A model generated the notes under the pieces. It saw only the letters and a list, made by a program, of their open reading frames with translations, made no database searches and was not told the DNA's origin. A program made the position numbers and the translations under genes. From positions 1,856,001-1,920,000 of the forward strand of contig CAVTTN010000002.1 of the NCBI GenBank assembly GCA_963737655.1: a DNA stretch of 64,000 nt, written 5' to 3'. Source of the DNA: an uncultured Planctomycetota bacterium (lineage in GTDB: Bacteria; Planctomycetota; Planctomycetia; Isosphaerales; Isosphaeraceae). Below are positions 40,170-50,218 of this stretch, one piece after another (the stretch's first letter is position 1; the number at the start of each line of letters is the position of its first letter).

Positions 40170-41477
40170 CTACTCCACCGGGCTTGCCGACGTCCCCCGG
40201 GCGAAGGCGGGATCTTGCGGGGCCTCGTAGGCGATGGCGAGTCCGGGCGTCTCGACCTTCCGCGACCCCTCGGCCAGGGAGGTCATCGCCGAGTCGAGGA
40301 TCCCTCCCGTGAGCAAGGTCCGCCGGACCGGATACGGCGGCGTCCCGGTCGCCAGGAAGGCTTCGAGGGGCCGGCTCAACGCCGTGAAGAAGTTCGCCCC
40401 GGGCGGCGCCGGCAGCGTGAACAGGCAGGATTCGGCCTTCGGGCGCCCCTCCACCCGCCCGGCGAACGTGAAATCGGCGACGTGGCCGTTCAGCAGGAGG
40501 ACCGCCGCCTTCAGCCCGTCGCGATATTCGACCACGAACGCGGTGGGATTGGGGCAATTCACGCGGATGTCGCCCGGGTTGAGCGTCTCGCTCCGACCCA
40601 GGGCGTTCTCGAGCAGGTCCCACGACCAATCGCCCCGGTCGCCGGCCTCCCAGACGGCCTGGCCTCTCACGGCCGTGACGCCCTTCACGCCGGTCTCGCC
40701 GCCGGGACGGCGCTCGACGAGGCCCTGGAGCGTCTCCAGCGCATGGAAGCCATAAATCTCGTCCGGGCCATAGCCTGCGACGAGCGCTTCGCGATACGTC
40801 GTGCCGAGCGGAGGGTCATACTCCGGCCTCCTCCACGTGACCGGCAGGCTCGAACCGGCCATCAAGGGGCAATGGAGCCGCTCGGCCGTCTCGACCATCG
40901 TGCGGGCCTTCTCGGGGTCGTAGGAGAGGTGCTTGTCGATGAAGATCGGCACGCCCCGGCCCGACTTCGCCACGACGTCGGCCACCTTCTCGAACATCTC
41001 GAACCTCGGATAGAGCTTCTGGCCCTTGCCATTGCTCGGGTAGTCGCCGTGTTCGCCGATCAGGAGGACACCCTCGACGGAAAGCTTGCCCGTCCCGAGC
41101 GTGAGGGCATCGGCGACCGTCGGCGACTCGCGGACGCCGAACCGGCGGGCGAGGTCATGCCCCACGTCGTTCGCCGGCTTCTGGTCGCACCAGAGCGAGG
41201 CGACCTCGAAGGCCGGCTGATGATGGTTTCCCTTCCACTGGTAACCCCAGAGCATCCGGCCGACGATGTGGTAAGCGTGGCTCATGGGGAAATACGCGGT
41301 GACGACGGCGGCGATCTTCTTCCGGGCAATCCCGGGAGGATGCGGGGGAGGGATCGACCGGGGATGATCGTCGGCCCTCGAGGGGGATCCGAACGCGCCC
41401 AGGCCGAGGGCGGCGGCCCCCTCCAGGAAGAGGCGGCGGGACGGATTCGGCGAGAGGCCCGGTGTCTGGCGTCTCAT
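40170..41477 (-). CDS. Tat-exported hypothetical protein, possibly oxidoreductase-like
   Basis: SRRLFL twin-arginine signal; GVLLIGEHGDYP, FIDKHLS, LMAGSSLP and YGFHALE motifs. Confidence 0.75.
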   Translation of the reverse strand: MRRQTPGLSPNPSRRLFLEGAAALGLGAFGSPSRADDHPRSIPPPHPPGIARKKIAAVVTAYFPMSHAYHIVGRMLWGYQWKGNHHQPAFEVASLWCDQKPANDVGHDLARRFGVRESPTVADALTLGTGKLSVEGVLLIGEHGDYPSNGKGQKLYPRFEMFEKVADVVAKSGRGVPIFIDKHLSYDPEKARTMVETAERLHCPLMAGSSLPVTWRRPEYDPPLGTTYREALVAGYGPDEIYGFHALETLQGLVERRPGGETGVKGVTAVRGQAVWEAGDRGDWSWDLLENALGRSETLNPGDIRVNCPNPTAFVVEYRDGLKAAVLLLNGHVADFTFAGRVEGRPKAESCLFTLPAPPGANFFTALSRPLEAFLATGTPPYPVRRTLLTGGILDSAMTSLAEGSRKVETPGLAIAYEAPQDPAFARGTSASPVE

Positions 41478-41566
41478 GGCGGAATTCCTCGGCGAGTTCG
41501 GATACGACCAAATCGGCCCCGCGCATGACTTTAGGGATGGACGGCCGCGAACGCAACGACCTGGCC

Positions 41567-41594
41567 TTGACACCCCGGCCGATCGGCGTAGCCT
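41567..41594 (+). promoter_or_regulatory. Putative sigma70 promoter of the NtrC-type regulator
   Basis: TTGACA-16 nt-TAGCCT about 90 nt upstream of ATG 41682. Confidence 0.4.
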
Positions 41595-41681
41595 ATTGCG
41601 TTGGGGCAGGCCGCTCCAACCGCCGAAGGACTCGCCGGGCCCTCAGGATCGGGGCCTCCGCTCAACCGGGACGAGTGCATC

Positions 41682-43109
41682 ATGGATCGACGCATCCTCG
41701 TGGTCGACGACAGCGAGCTGACCTGCCAGCAGATCTCCAACCTGCTGGCCCGGGACGACCGACGGATCAAGGTCGTCCACGACGGCTCCACCGCCCTGGA
41801 GTGGCTCGTCGAAGGGAATTTCTCGCTGGTCTTGACCGACCTGCAACTCCCCGGGATCGGCGGGCTGGACCTGATCCGCGAGATCCGGGCCAAGAACCTG
41901 CCGATCCCGGCCATCGTGATGACCGGATACGCCTCGATCGCCACGGCCGTCGAGGCGATGCAGCTCGGCGCGTACGACTACCTGACCAAGCCGCTCGATC
42001 CGGTCCGCCTGGAAGTCCTCGTCGATCAGGCGCTCAAGGACCGGACGCTCCAGGACGAGGTGGCGGCCCTCCGCCGGGGCCTCCACCGCAAATTCTCCTT
42101 CCACAACCTCTTCGGTCGCAGCGCCCGGATGCGTGAGGTGTTCGCCCGGGTCGCCCGGGTGGCGCCGTCGGCCTGCACGGTCCTGATCACCGGAGAGACC
42201 GGCACCGGCAAGGAGCTGGTGGCCCAGGCGATCCACGACGCCGACCCCGCCCGACGGTCCGGCCCGATGATCGCCGTGAACTGCGCCGCCCTGCCCGAAC
42301 AACTGCTCGAAAGCGAGCTGTTCGGCCACGAGAAAGGGGCCTTCACCGGCGCCGACCGCGTGAAGAAGGGCCGTTTCGAGCTGGCCCGAGGCGGCACGCT
42401 GTTCCTGGACGAGGTCGGCGAGATCCCCCTGGGGATGCAGGCCAAGCTGCTCCGCGTGTTGCAGGAGGGTCGGTTCGAGAGGGTGGGCGGGTCGGAGTCG
42501 ATCGAGGCCAACGCCCGGGTCGTCGCCGCCACGAACGTGGACCTCCCCTCCGCCGTGGCCGAGGGCAAGTTCCGCGAGGATCTGCTCTATCGCCTGAACG
42601 TGGTGACGATCGACCTCCCTCCGCTCCGTGAACGCCCCGAAGACATCCCCGTCCTCGTGAGCCACTTCCTCAAGAGGCTGGAAGAGCGTCGCTATCCGGC
42701 GAAGACCTTCGCCCGGGAGACCTTCGCGAGGCTGGCCCGCTACGAATGGCCGGGGAACGTCCGGGAGCTGGAGCACCTGGTCGAACAATTGCTGCTGACC
42801 AGCCCGAGGGCCCAGATTGCCCCGGAGGACCTGCCCGCCCACCTCGTGGCCACGAGGGAGGAGCCGTTCTCGCTCGACTTCGACCTCCTCCGCCCGCTCC
42901 AGGAGATCACCTCCGAGCTGACCGAGCGGGTCGAGCGGGCGTATCTCCTGCGAGTCCTCGAGAAATACCGGGGCCGGATCGACCGGATCTCCGAGCACTG
43001 CGGGCTGTCCCGGCGGAGCATCAGCGAGAAGCTCCGGCGATATCGGATCGACAAGGCCGACTTCAAGCCCCATCTGGCCCGCCGCCGCGAGATGGCGCTG
43101 GACGAATAG
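41682..43109 (+). CDS. Sigma-54-dependent response regulator (NtrC family)
   Basis: Receiver domain, GETGTGKE, ESELFGHEKGAFTGA, LFLDEV, WPGNVREL and C-terminal HTH. Confidence 0.96.
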   Translation: MDRRILVVDDSELTCQQISNLLARDDRRIKVVHDGSTALEWLVEGNFSLVLTDLQLPGIGGLDLIREIRAKNLPIPAIVMTGYASIATAVEAMQLGAYDYLTKPLDPVRLEVLVDQALKDRTLQDEVAALRRGLHRKFSFHNLFGRSARMREVFARVARVAPSACTVLITGETGTGKELVAQAIHDADPARRSGPMIAVNCAALPEQLLESELFGHEKGAFTGADRVKKGRFELARGGTLFLDEVGEIPLGMQAKLLRVLQEGRFERVGGSESIEANARVVAATNVDLPSAVAEGKFREDLLYRLNVVTIDLPPLRERPEDIPVLVSHFLKRLEERRYPAKTFARETFARLARYEWPGNVRELEHLVEQLLLTSPRAQIAPEDLPAHLVATREEPFSLDFDLLRPLQEITSELTERVERAYLLRVLEKYRGRIDRISEHCGLSRRSISEKLRRYRIDKADFKPHLARRREMALDE

Positions 43110-43263
43110 CCCGCGACCGGCCCGAAAAAATTCCGGATCGTCGGATTTTCTTCGCCACCGGACCGCCCGAGGATGGTTTCATGAATGGAGACGTGGTCGG
43201 AGGGCCCGTCTCCCCAACCGGGCGCCATTCCCTCCCTCTCCACTTTTCTCGCGGAGGCGAACC

Positions 43264-43701
43264 GTGAAGCGGTACCTCATTCTGGCGTTCCTGGGCGTTC
43301 TCCTGGCGGCCGTGCCCGATTCGGCCTTCGCCCAGAGGAGAGGCCGGTCCAATAGCCCCGGGATGACCCCGTACGGCCCGGAATTCAGCCCCGCGGAGTG
43401 GAAGCAGGCCGGCGGCAATCCCATGATTTATGAACAGATCATGGAACAAAAGATGATGGCCGCCCAGCAGAAGGCCATGCAGCAAGAATACCAGGCGATG
43501 GTGAAGCAGCAGCAGGCCTACCAGAAGTGGATCAAGGACCAGGCCGCCAAGAAGGCCAAGGGCCAGGCCACCGACCCGATGTACGACCAGATGCTCGCCC
43601 AGGAAGCGGCCGTCCAGAAGGCCCGGGACGAGGCGATCGCCAGGGCCGCCGCGAAGAAGGCCAAGAAGAAGAGCACCTCGAAGTCGGCGGCCAGCAAGTA
43701 G
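43264..43701 (+). CDS. Secreted Gln/Lys/Met-rich hypothetical protein
   Basis: GGAGG + GTG; signal peptide ending AFA-Q; helical composition. Confidence 0.75.
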   Translation: MKRYLILAFLGVLLAAVPDSAFAQRRGRSNSPGMTPYGPEFSPAEWKQAGGNPMIYEQIMEQKMMAAQQKAMQQEYQAMVKQQQAYQKWIKDQAAKKAKGQATDPMYDQMLAQEAAVQKARDEAIARAAAKKAKKKSTSKSAASK

Positions 43702-43758
43702 AACGAGTCTCGACCTGCCGCCGAACCGTTCCTGCCCGACCAGCAAGGCCGCGTCCTC

Positions 43759-43813
43759 GAGGGGCGTCTGGCGTCCTGCCCGCAAACGTGAGGGCAGGAC
43801 ACCAGACGCCCTC
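43759..43813. terminator. Long hairpin between convergent genes
   Basis: GGGCGTCTGGCGTCCTGCCC-loop-GGGCAGGACACCAGACGCCC; no clear U-tract. Confidence 0.5.
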
Positions 43814-43829
43814 GTTCCGGTCGGTCTAC

Positions 43830-44309
43830 TCAGGCCGAGGTGGCGACCAGGTCGTCGATCAGCCTCTCCAGGAGTTCGCTGGTGAACTGGCAGGGGACGG
43901 CCTGGCGGCTCCGGGCGGATTCATCGAAGGCGAGCCGCGCGAGCTTCAGGATTCCCGAGCGGTCGATGCGGACCTCGTAATAGGTCCGTCGGCCGTTCTT
44001 CGACGAGGGGGCGCCGCTCTTGAGGACGACCTCGCCGCCGAGGGCGTCGGCCTCGATCAGGGCGAGCGGCTCCATCAGGTACGTCAGGCGGGCGGAGAGG
44101 CGCTGGCCCCACGCCTTGAGGTCGTCCAGGGGCAGGCCGTCGCGGCCGGTGGCGGCGAAGGTCAGCCCGTCGCATTCGATCCCCATCGGGGTCGCCAGGA
44201 GGATCGGCAACTCCAGGCGGTGCGAGCCATCCTCGGCGTGGACGGTCGCCGGGGCCGGGGCCCCGACGAGTTCAGCCACTCCGGCGGCGGTCTTTCTGCT
44301 CAGGCTCAT
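43830..44309 (-). CDS. Hypothetical protein downstream of spoVR
   Basis: 159-aa ORF with good codon bias and GGAGG upstream; RLTYLMEPL motif. Confidence 0.75.
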   Translation of the reverse strand: MSLSRKTAAGVAELVGAPAPATVHAEDGSHRLELPILLATPMGIECDGLTFAATGRDGLPLDDLKAWGQRLSARLTYLMEPLALIEADALGGEVVLKSGAPSSKNGRRTYYEVRIDRSGILKLARLAFDESARSRQAVPCQFTSELLERLIDDLVATSA

Positions 44310-45825
44310 GGCCGGTACCTCCCAGGGGCCGGATCGTGTGGTCCGACCCGTCGAAAGACAAGAGGGTCGTCCGCCCGTCCACCGAGGTCTCCAGGTGGAC
44401 CGGGCGGGTCCAGAGGCGGTTGAGGTGCCGCAGGGTGTCCTGCGCGTAGTCCAGCTTCAAATCGATCCCGAAGTGCTCCTGCTGGAGGTAGAGCTCGCCT
44501 CGGTTCCGGTAATTCCCGTCCTTGACCCGGATGATCGGCTGGCCGAAGTTCGTGAGCTGGAACAGGAGGCGGTCCTTGATCTTCTTGAACTCGCGACTCT
44601 CGATCTCGTAGGTCTCGTGCTGGTCATTGTACCGGAAGCTGAACATGTTGTGGCGGCGGCAGAAATCCACCGTCAGGAACGTGTCGATGAAGGTCACATC
44701 GGAATGGATTTTGCGGACTTCGTAGATCTTCTGGCGGCCAAGCCCCAGTTGCTTGTCCCATTTCCGGCGGGTTTCGTAGTTGTCGCACTCGTCGTACTCC
44801 GGGCCGAACTGGCCGCGGTCCCAGCGTTCCTCGATGTCCCTCAGCAGCTCGATGCCGAGCTTGTACGGGTTCAACCGCCCGGGGCTGGTGGCCATCGTCC
44901 CGGAGTGGTGGTCGGCGTAATCGACGACCTCCGAGTGGTCGAGGATCCGGGTCGTCATGATCGTCGAGTGCCAGAACGACGCCCAGCCCTCATTCATGAT
45001 CTTCGTCTGGCCCTGGGGGGCGAAGTAGTACGCCTCCTCCCGGACGATCGACAGGACGTCGAGCTGCCAGGCGTTGAGCGGGGCGTGCTCCAGGAGGAAC
45101 AGGAGGACGTCGCGCTCGGGGTTCTCGGGGAACTGCTTGGACTTCTGCTTGTCGGCCTCCCGCTTCTTGGCCTGCTCCTTCAGGAACGCGGGCGGGTTGA
45201 TGAACTCGTCCATGTACTTCTTGCTGGCGAACTTCTCGGAGGCCGAGGAGTCGTCCTCCTCGGGCCGGAAGTCGTACCGGCTGACCTCGTCCCGCCTCTT
45301 GATGAACGGCGAGTGGGGGTCGATCAGGTTCTCCAGCGAGAGGCAACTGTCGATGAAGCTCTCGACGGCCTCCTCGCCGTGCCGGTCCATGTACGACCGG
45401 ATGCGGTTGCCGTGGTTGGCCATCTCATCCATCATCTTACGGTTGGTTCGGCTGAAGCAGATGTTATTTTTGAAAAAATCGTTATGTCCGTAGACGTGGG
45501 CCATCACGAGCTTCTGGTCGACCCTCTGGTTGCACCTCAGGAGGTAGGCGTAGCAGGGGTCGTTGTTGATGACCATCTCGTAGATCTTCTGGAGGCCGTA
45601 GCGGTAGCCCTTGGAGAGCTGCTCGTACTCCATCCCGAACCGCCAGTGGGGGTAGCGGGTGGGGAAGCCGCCGAGCGCGGCGATCTCGGAGAGCTCGTCG
45701 TAGTCGAGGACCTCGAAGATCGTGTCGTAGAAGTCCAGCCCGAAGGCGCGGGCGTGGTCCTCGATCTCGGCCTGGAGCTCGCGGAGGTCGGCCGGGAGGT
45801 TGTGGTCGTTGATGGCGATCGTCAT
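44272..45825 (-). CDS. spoVR: SpoVR family protein
   Basis: [52 protein letters not shown] and LNPYKLG. Confidence 0.96.
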   Translation of the reverse strand: MTIAINDHNLPADLRELQAEIEDHARAFGLDFYDTIFEVLDYDELSEIAALGGFPTRYPHWRFGMEYEQLSKGYRYGLQKIYEMVINNDPCYAYLLRCNQRVDQKLVMAHVYGHNDFFKNNICFSRTNRKMMDEMANHGNRIRSYMDRHGEEAVESFIDSCLSLENLIDPHSPFIKRRDEVSRYDFRPEEDDSSASEKFASKKYMDEFINPPAFLKEQAKKREADKQKSKQFPENPERDVLLFLLEHAPLNAWQLDVLSIVREEAYYFAPQGQTKIMNEGWASFWHSTIMTTRILDHSEVVDYADHHSGTMATSPGRLNPYKLGIELLRDIEERWDRGQFGPEYDECDNYETRRKWDKQLGLGRQKIYEVRKIHSDVTFIDTFLTVDFCRRHNMFSFRYNDQHETYEIESREFKKIKDRLLFQLTNFGQPIIRVKDGNYRNRGELYLQQEHFGIDLKLDYAQDTLRHLNRLWTRPVHLETSVDGRTTLLSFDGSDHTIRPLGGTGHEPEQKDRRRSG

Positions 45826-45857
45826 GGGACCGGTTCACCCCGAGAGGGAAGGCAAGA

Positions 45858-46130
45858 TCACGCCTGGCTGACGAACTTCCGGGCCTCGGACTCGATCATG
45901 GCCAGGGGCACGAGGAACGGCTTCTTGAGGATCTCGAACTCGACCACGTCGCTGCCCGGGTCGCTCCGGTACGACCCGGCGAGCTCGCCGATGGGGGTCG
46001 AGGCGCGGAACGACCCGGAGTCGGGCGTCCCCTCGAACGAGCCATGCCGGCCCATCCGGTCGACGGCCCGGTCGAACAGGGCCCGGCGACGGTCGGGGTC
46101 GCTGGGATAGGGGACTCGGAACGTGGTCAT
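45858..46130 (-). CDS. Small hypothetical protein
   Basis: 90-aa ORF starting MTTFRVPYPSDP with good codon bias, directly upstream of spoVR. Confidence 0.7.
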   Translation of the reverse strand: MTTFRVPYPSDPDRRRALFDRAVDRMGRHGSFEGTPDSGSFRASTPIGELAGSYRSDPGSDVVEFEILKKPFLVPLAMIESEARKFVSQA

Positions 46131-46147
46131 GCAGTTCACCCTCGCAT

Positions 46148-46933
46148 TCAGGGATGGTGTCGGGGGGCCAGGGTCGCCTGGACCCATCGGCGGACCTCCA
46201 GGATCCAGGCGGTCTCGTCGCCGAAGGGCCGTCGCGTCCAGTCGCCGATCCCGGTGGCCGTCAAGGAGGGCAGGACCCCGCTGTTCTCGCTCTCGGCATA
46301 ACGGCCGTTCGGCCCGAGCCGGAAAATCTTGACGCCCGAGGCACGCCCGACCCAGACCTCGGGGACGCGCAGCCGCCGGTAGAATCCCAGGGCCCTGCGC
46401 GCCGGGTTCGTGTGGACGACCTCGATCGCCAGGTCGGGCGGCGGGTCGGTCTTCAGGTCGATCATCTTGCCGATCACGAGAGGGGCGCTGGGGATGTAAT
46501 ACGTCTCGTCCCCCTCGACCCCGGCCCGCTTCGCCCGCCGCCAGAGAGTCATCTGGCCGGTCGCCACGTGCGGGATGCTCAGGCCCGTGAGGACCTCCCC
46601 GACGAAGTAGCCGAGCCTCTTCTTCAACAACTCATGCGGCTGGGCGGGCGACACGAGCTGGAGGTTCCCGTCGAGATAGAAGATTTTTGGGACGGATCGC
46701 TCACCCCGGACCCGGAGCAACGTCAGGTAGCCTCGCCAGTCGATGTTGTGGAACTCGACCGGGGAAGAGGACGACACGAGGGTGAGGTCGCCGTCGAGAT
46801 ACATCATCTTGGGGCTGGATTTCTCCCCACGAAGCCGCAGCAGTGTCGTGTATCCTCGCCAGCCGATGCCGCGCAGGACGACGCACGGCTCGTCGCTCGG
46901 GTCGTCTCGGGTCGGAGCGGTCGGCATCGCCAT
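46148..46933 (-). CDS. Uma2 family endonuclease with duplicated N-terminal segment
   Basis: YLDG.L.LVS repeated twice, GVEGDETYY, PPPDLAIEV and VPEVW. Confidence 0.88.
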   Translation of the reverse strand: MAMPTAPTRDDPSDEPCVVLRGIGWRGYTTLLRLRGEKSSPKMMYLDGDLTLVSSSSPVEFHNIDWRGYLTLLRVRGERSVPKIFYLDGNLQLVSPAQPHELLKKRLGYFVGEVLTGLSIPHVATGQMTLWRRAKRAGVEGDETYYIPSAPLVIGKMIDLKTDPPPDLAIEVVHTNPARRALGFYRRLRVPEVWVGRASGVKIFRLGPNGRYAESENSGVLPSLTATGIGDWTRRPFGDETAWILEVRRWVQATLAPRHHP

Positions 46934-47052
46934 CGCGGTCCCCCTTACTTCAACCCTTCGTACCACTTCTCCAGATCGGCCAGTTCCAGCTGCTTCTCAT
47001 TCGACCCGAAGAGCATGACGTCGGCATCCGGTTCACCTCGACGGGGTTCGGA

Positions 47053-47742
47053 TCAGGGCAAGGCCCCGCGGACCCGGGGGACGACGGCTTCGCGGACCCA
47101 GCGGCGGAGCTCCTTGATCCATCCGACGTCGCCCCGGAGGTCCGCCTCGGGCCGGCGGATCCAATCGACGATCTCTTCGGCCTTCAGGAATGGGAACGCG
47201 GGGCTGACGTCGGAGACGGCGTATTTCCGGCCCGGGCCCAGGACCCGGAACGTCAGCCCCTTCTCCGTGCATACCCAGACCTCCGGCACCCCGAATCGCC
47301 GGGAGACTTCGAGGGCCGCGTCGGCCGAGTGGCTGTAGACCACCTCGATCGACAGGTCGGGGGGCGGATCGACCCGGAGGTCGATCTTCTTATTGTTGAG
47401 GACCCGGGGGATGTTGGCCAGGTAGTACGACTGGTCGGGCTCGGTCCCGGATTCTTTCTTCCTGCGCTTGTATGTGGTCGATCCGGCGATGCGGATCGGG
47501 ATGTCGCACTCCTCGCCGATCAGCAGGATGAAGGCCCCGAGACGCTCCTTGTCCCGCTCGTGGAGGTGGCCGGGCGACATCAGCAGGAGGTCCCCATCGA
47601 GATACGTCATCCGGGGTCGGGGCCGTTCCCCCCGGAGCCGGAGCATCCGGCGATACCCGCTCCAGCCGATCGCGCGGAGGAGCACGACCTGATCGGCCTC
47701 GGCCGGATCGCCCGTCGTCCTCTCGTCGGTCACCGTCGCCAT
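47053..47742 (-). CDS. Uma2 family endonuclease
   Basis: YLDGDLLLMSP, EPDQSYY, PPPDLSIEV and GVPEVW; GGAGG RBS. Confidence 0.9.
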   Translation of the reverse strand: MATVTDERTTGDPAEADQVVLLRAIGWSGYRRMLRLRGERPRPRMTYLDGDLLLMSPGHLHERDKERLGAFILLIGEECDIPIRIAGSTTYKRRKKESGTEPDQSYYLANIPRVLNNKKIDLRVDPPPDLSIEVVYSHSADAALEVSRRFGVPEVWVCTEKGLTFRVLGPGRKYAVSDVSPAFPFLKAEEIVDWIRRPEADLRGDVGWIKELRRWVREAVVPRVRGALP

Positions 47743-47776
47743 GACAGGCCCTCCCTCCATCCCCGCGACGCCCCGA

Positions 47777-47980
47777 TCACCGGCCCCGGCCCAGGAACTC
47801 CTTGATCGAGTCAAAAATCCCTTCTTTGTTACGGATCTCCGACAGCGCCAGGTTCGGCATGTCGTCGAAGGCTTCTTCCAATTCGCGATAGAACTCGCCC
47901 GAGCCGTACGGGCTCTCGACCTGCCCGTAGCCGAAGCAGCGGTCGGGGTCGCAGGGATTGGAGACTCGGAACGTGGCCAT
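47777..47980 (-). pseudogene. Chimeric fragment: start of the 46130 gene fused to a duplicate of the yeaH 3' end
   Basis: 47784-47936 equals 49122-49274 (153 bp, 1 mismatch); 47940-47980 matches 46090-46130 (37/41). Confidence 0.85.
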
Positions 47981-48071
47981 TCGGTAAGCTCTCGAGACAT
48001 CCGAAACTTATTTCCGTGATCGTCTGAACTTGGAATTCGTCGCCCAAGTCCACAAAATCATGCTGGGTGTC

Positions 48072-48099
48072 TTGACACCCCGGCTGGCCATGATAGGAT
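48072..48099 (+). promoter_or_regulatory. Sigma70-type promoter with extended -10 driving an antisense small RNA
   Basis: TTGACA (48072-77), 16 nt spacer, TGn-TAGGAT (48091-99). Confidence 0.65.
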
Positions 48100-48104
48100 T
48101 CTAC

Positions 48105-48197
48105 TGCCCGCTCTGGACTCGAAAGGGTTCTTTGCGTGGCTCTTCCTCGCCATTATTGTAACCCACGGCGACCTAGGTCGCCGTGGGTTTCTTTTTG
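48105..48197 (+). ncRNA. Candidate ~90-nt small RNA antisense to the DUF3800 gene 3' end
   Basis: Bounded by the promoter above and an intrinsic terminator; internal hairpins GGACTC-GAAA-GGGTTC and GTGGC-N8-GCCAT; no ORF. Confidence 0.6.
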
Positions 48198-49109
48198 CGC
48201 TCCTCGAAGGTCGGCAATGTGGACAATGCTATACAACCTCGATCCATTCTCCCTTTGGCCTGACCATTGGAGTCGATAAATCCAATCGATCAGCGGATCG
48301 AGTTCATTTCGTACAGGTTGCGTCCAGTCTTCGGTCGGCCGGAATACGTGGTTAATGGTGTAAATGACGAGATCCGCCACCCCGAGTAGGGTCGTCAGGT
48401 CCGACCTGGCATAAAGTGGTTCGGGAAGGATTCGTGAACTTCGAACCCTTCCGTTGTGAGTCCTCGTGAAATACCGAGCGATGCATTCATTGAGCTTCTG
48501 ACCTTCGAGACATCGAGGGCCCCCGAGGTCGTCTTTCTGATCGAAGACGCACGCCGCCATCTCACCAAGCGGTCGGGACTCCATGAAATAGTACAGGCGT
48601 TCGAAAAGGTAAACGAGGTCTTTGCGGAGCATCTCCGTCCATTCTTCGGCCGGTGGACGAGGCGCTCTAGGCTCGACGGCCGCCGCCGCGATCTTCACAT
48701 CATGCCGAAGGCACGCCTGGAATATTTCATCGACTAGATCAAGACATGCTAATCCGTAAGCCCGGAATTCCCGCGCGTTCGGGGGTGTCTTTGATGCGCC
48801 TTTCTCGAGGAAGCCGAGGGCGTGCTGCCTTCGGTCCTCTTCGCTCTCGAACGTCGGCGGGGGTGAATCGGGCTTCTTCTTGTTCCTGCCCTCGGCATGT
48901 TGGAAGACTCGCTTCTGGAGCAACCGTTCTCCCTTCGACTCCAGGCCGAAACGGCTCAAAGTCGCCCCAAATTGGCGACGTTCGGCGTCTTTGATGGAAC
49001 GGATAAGGTCCCAAGCTTTCGCCATCGGCACGATGATTCCCCCGTGGACTTCGTAGGGCATCTGCTTCTGATCAGTGCCACTCTCATCAATAAATAGTAG
49101 ATAACTCAT
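48153..49109 (-). CDS. DUF3800 family protein (predicted RNase H-like fold)
   Basis: N-terminal LLFIDESG, CVFD and C-terminal LLGVADLVIY; visibly AT-richer codon usage than its neighbours. Confidence 0.8.
   Translation of the reverse strand: MSYLLFIDESGTDQKQMPYEVHGGIIVPMAKAWDLIRSIKDAERRQFGATLSRFGLESKGERLLQKRVFQHAEGRNKKKPDSPPPTFESEEDRRQHALGFLEKGASKTPPNAREFRAYGLACLDLVDEIFQACLRHDVKIAAAAVEPRAPRPPAEEWTEMLRKDLVYLFERLYYFMESRPLGEMAACVFDQKDDLGGPRCLEGQKLNECIARYFTRTHNGRVRSSRILPEPLYARSDLTTLLGVADLVIYTINHVFRPTEDWTQPVRNELDPLIDWIYRLQWSGQRENGSRLYSIVHIADLRGAQKETHGDLGRRGLQ
48160..48197 (+). terminator. Intrinsic terminator
   Basis: Perfect palindrome AACCCACGGCGACCTAGGTCGCCGTGGGTT followed by TCTTTTT. Confidence 0.8.
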
Positions 49110-49114
49110 CGTGG

Positions 49115-50218
49115 CTATCGCCCCCGGCCCAGGAACTCCTTGATCGAGTCAAAAATCCCTTCCTTGTTACGGATCTCCGACAGCGCCAGGTTCGGCATGT
49201 CGTCGAAGGCTTCTTCCAATTCGCGATAGAACTCGCCCGAGCCGTACGGGCTCTCGACCTGCCCGTAGCCGAAGAGGTTGCACTTGGGGAGCAATTGATT
49301 CCTCAACAAGGCGACGCACTGGCGATTGTCCTCGCCCCAGTTGTCGCCGTCGGAGAAGTGCAGGACGTAGATGTTCCAGTCGGCCGGGGGGTGGTCGGCG
49401 TCGATGATCTTGTTGGCGAGGTTGTAGGCGGAGCTGATCCGCGTGCCGCCGCTCTCGCGGGTGTGGTAGAAGGTGTGCTGGTCCACCTCCTTGGCGATGG
49501 CGTCGTGGATGATGTAGCGGGTCGTCACGCCGTCGTACTGGCTCTTGAGCCAGGTGTCGATCCAGAACGCCTCGATCCGGACGATCTCCTTCTGGTCGTC
49601 GGTCATGCTTCCCGAGACGTCCATCAGGTAGAGGATCACGGCGTTGGAGTGGGGCAGGGGGACCGGGTTCCAGGATCGGTACTGCTTGTCCTCGCGGACC
49701 GGGATGACCACCGGGTCGGCCGGGTCATACGTATTCGAGGCGATCTGCCGCTTGAGGGCCTTCTTGTAGGTCCGCTTGAAGTGGCGGAGGCTCTCGGGCC
49801 CGGCCTGGCGGATGCCGGTGTACTTGTCCTTGTCCTCGATGATGTTGGCGCGGCCCTTGGGGAGGATTCGCGGCAGCTCCAGCCCCTCGCCGAGGATCTG
49901 GGCGAGCTCGTCGAGGGTCAGCTCGACTTCGAGGATGTGGTGACCCGGGCTGTCGCCGGCGCCTCCCGGCTGGTCGCCGTCGGGCGATCGGCCGATGGGC
50001 GTGCCGACGTCGCCGGGGCCCTGGCCGACGCCCCCCGAGTTCTTCGAGCCGTAGCGGAACTCGGGGATCTCGATCTGCGGCAAGGGGATCGAGACCAGCT
50101 CGCCGCCGGTCTTGCCGATCATCTCGCCGTGGGTGATGTACTTCCGCAGGTCGCTCTTGATCTTCCCGCGGACGATCTGTTTGAAGCGGTTGGCGTCCCG
50201 CTCGATTTTTCGCACCAC
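49115..50218 (-). CDS. yeaH: YeaH/YhbH (DUF444) vWA-like protein
   Basis: RFKQIVRG, LMDVSGSM, ESGGTRISSAY and HFSDGDNW; located between prkA and spoVR. Confidence 0.93.
   Translation of the reverse strand: MVRKIERDANRFKQIVRGKIKSDLRKYITHGEMIGKTGGELVSIPLPQIEIPEFRYGSKNSGGVGQGPGDVGTPIGRSPDGDQPGGAGDSPGHHILEVELTLDELAQILGEGLELPRILPKGRANIIEDKDKYTGIRQAGPESLRHFKRTYKKALKRQIASNTYDPADPVVIPVREDKQYRSWNPVPLPHSNAVILYLMDVSGSMTDDQKEIVRIEAFWIDTWLKSQYDGVTTRYIIHDAIAKEVDQHTFYHTRESGGTRISSAYNLANKIIDADHPPADWNIYVLHFSDGDNWGEDNRQCVALLRNQLLPKCNLFGYGQVESPYGSGEFYRELEEAFDDMPNLALSEIRNKEGIFDSIKEFLGRGR

Noticed and set aside
47777..49274. Integrative element or IS around DUF3800
   Set aside because: No integrase, transposase or terminal inverted repeats; reported only as a duplication scar.
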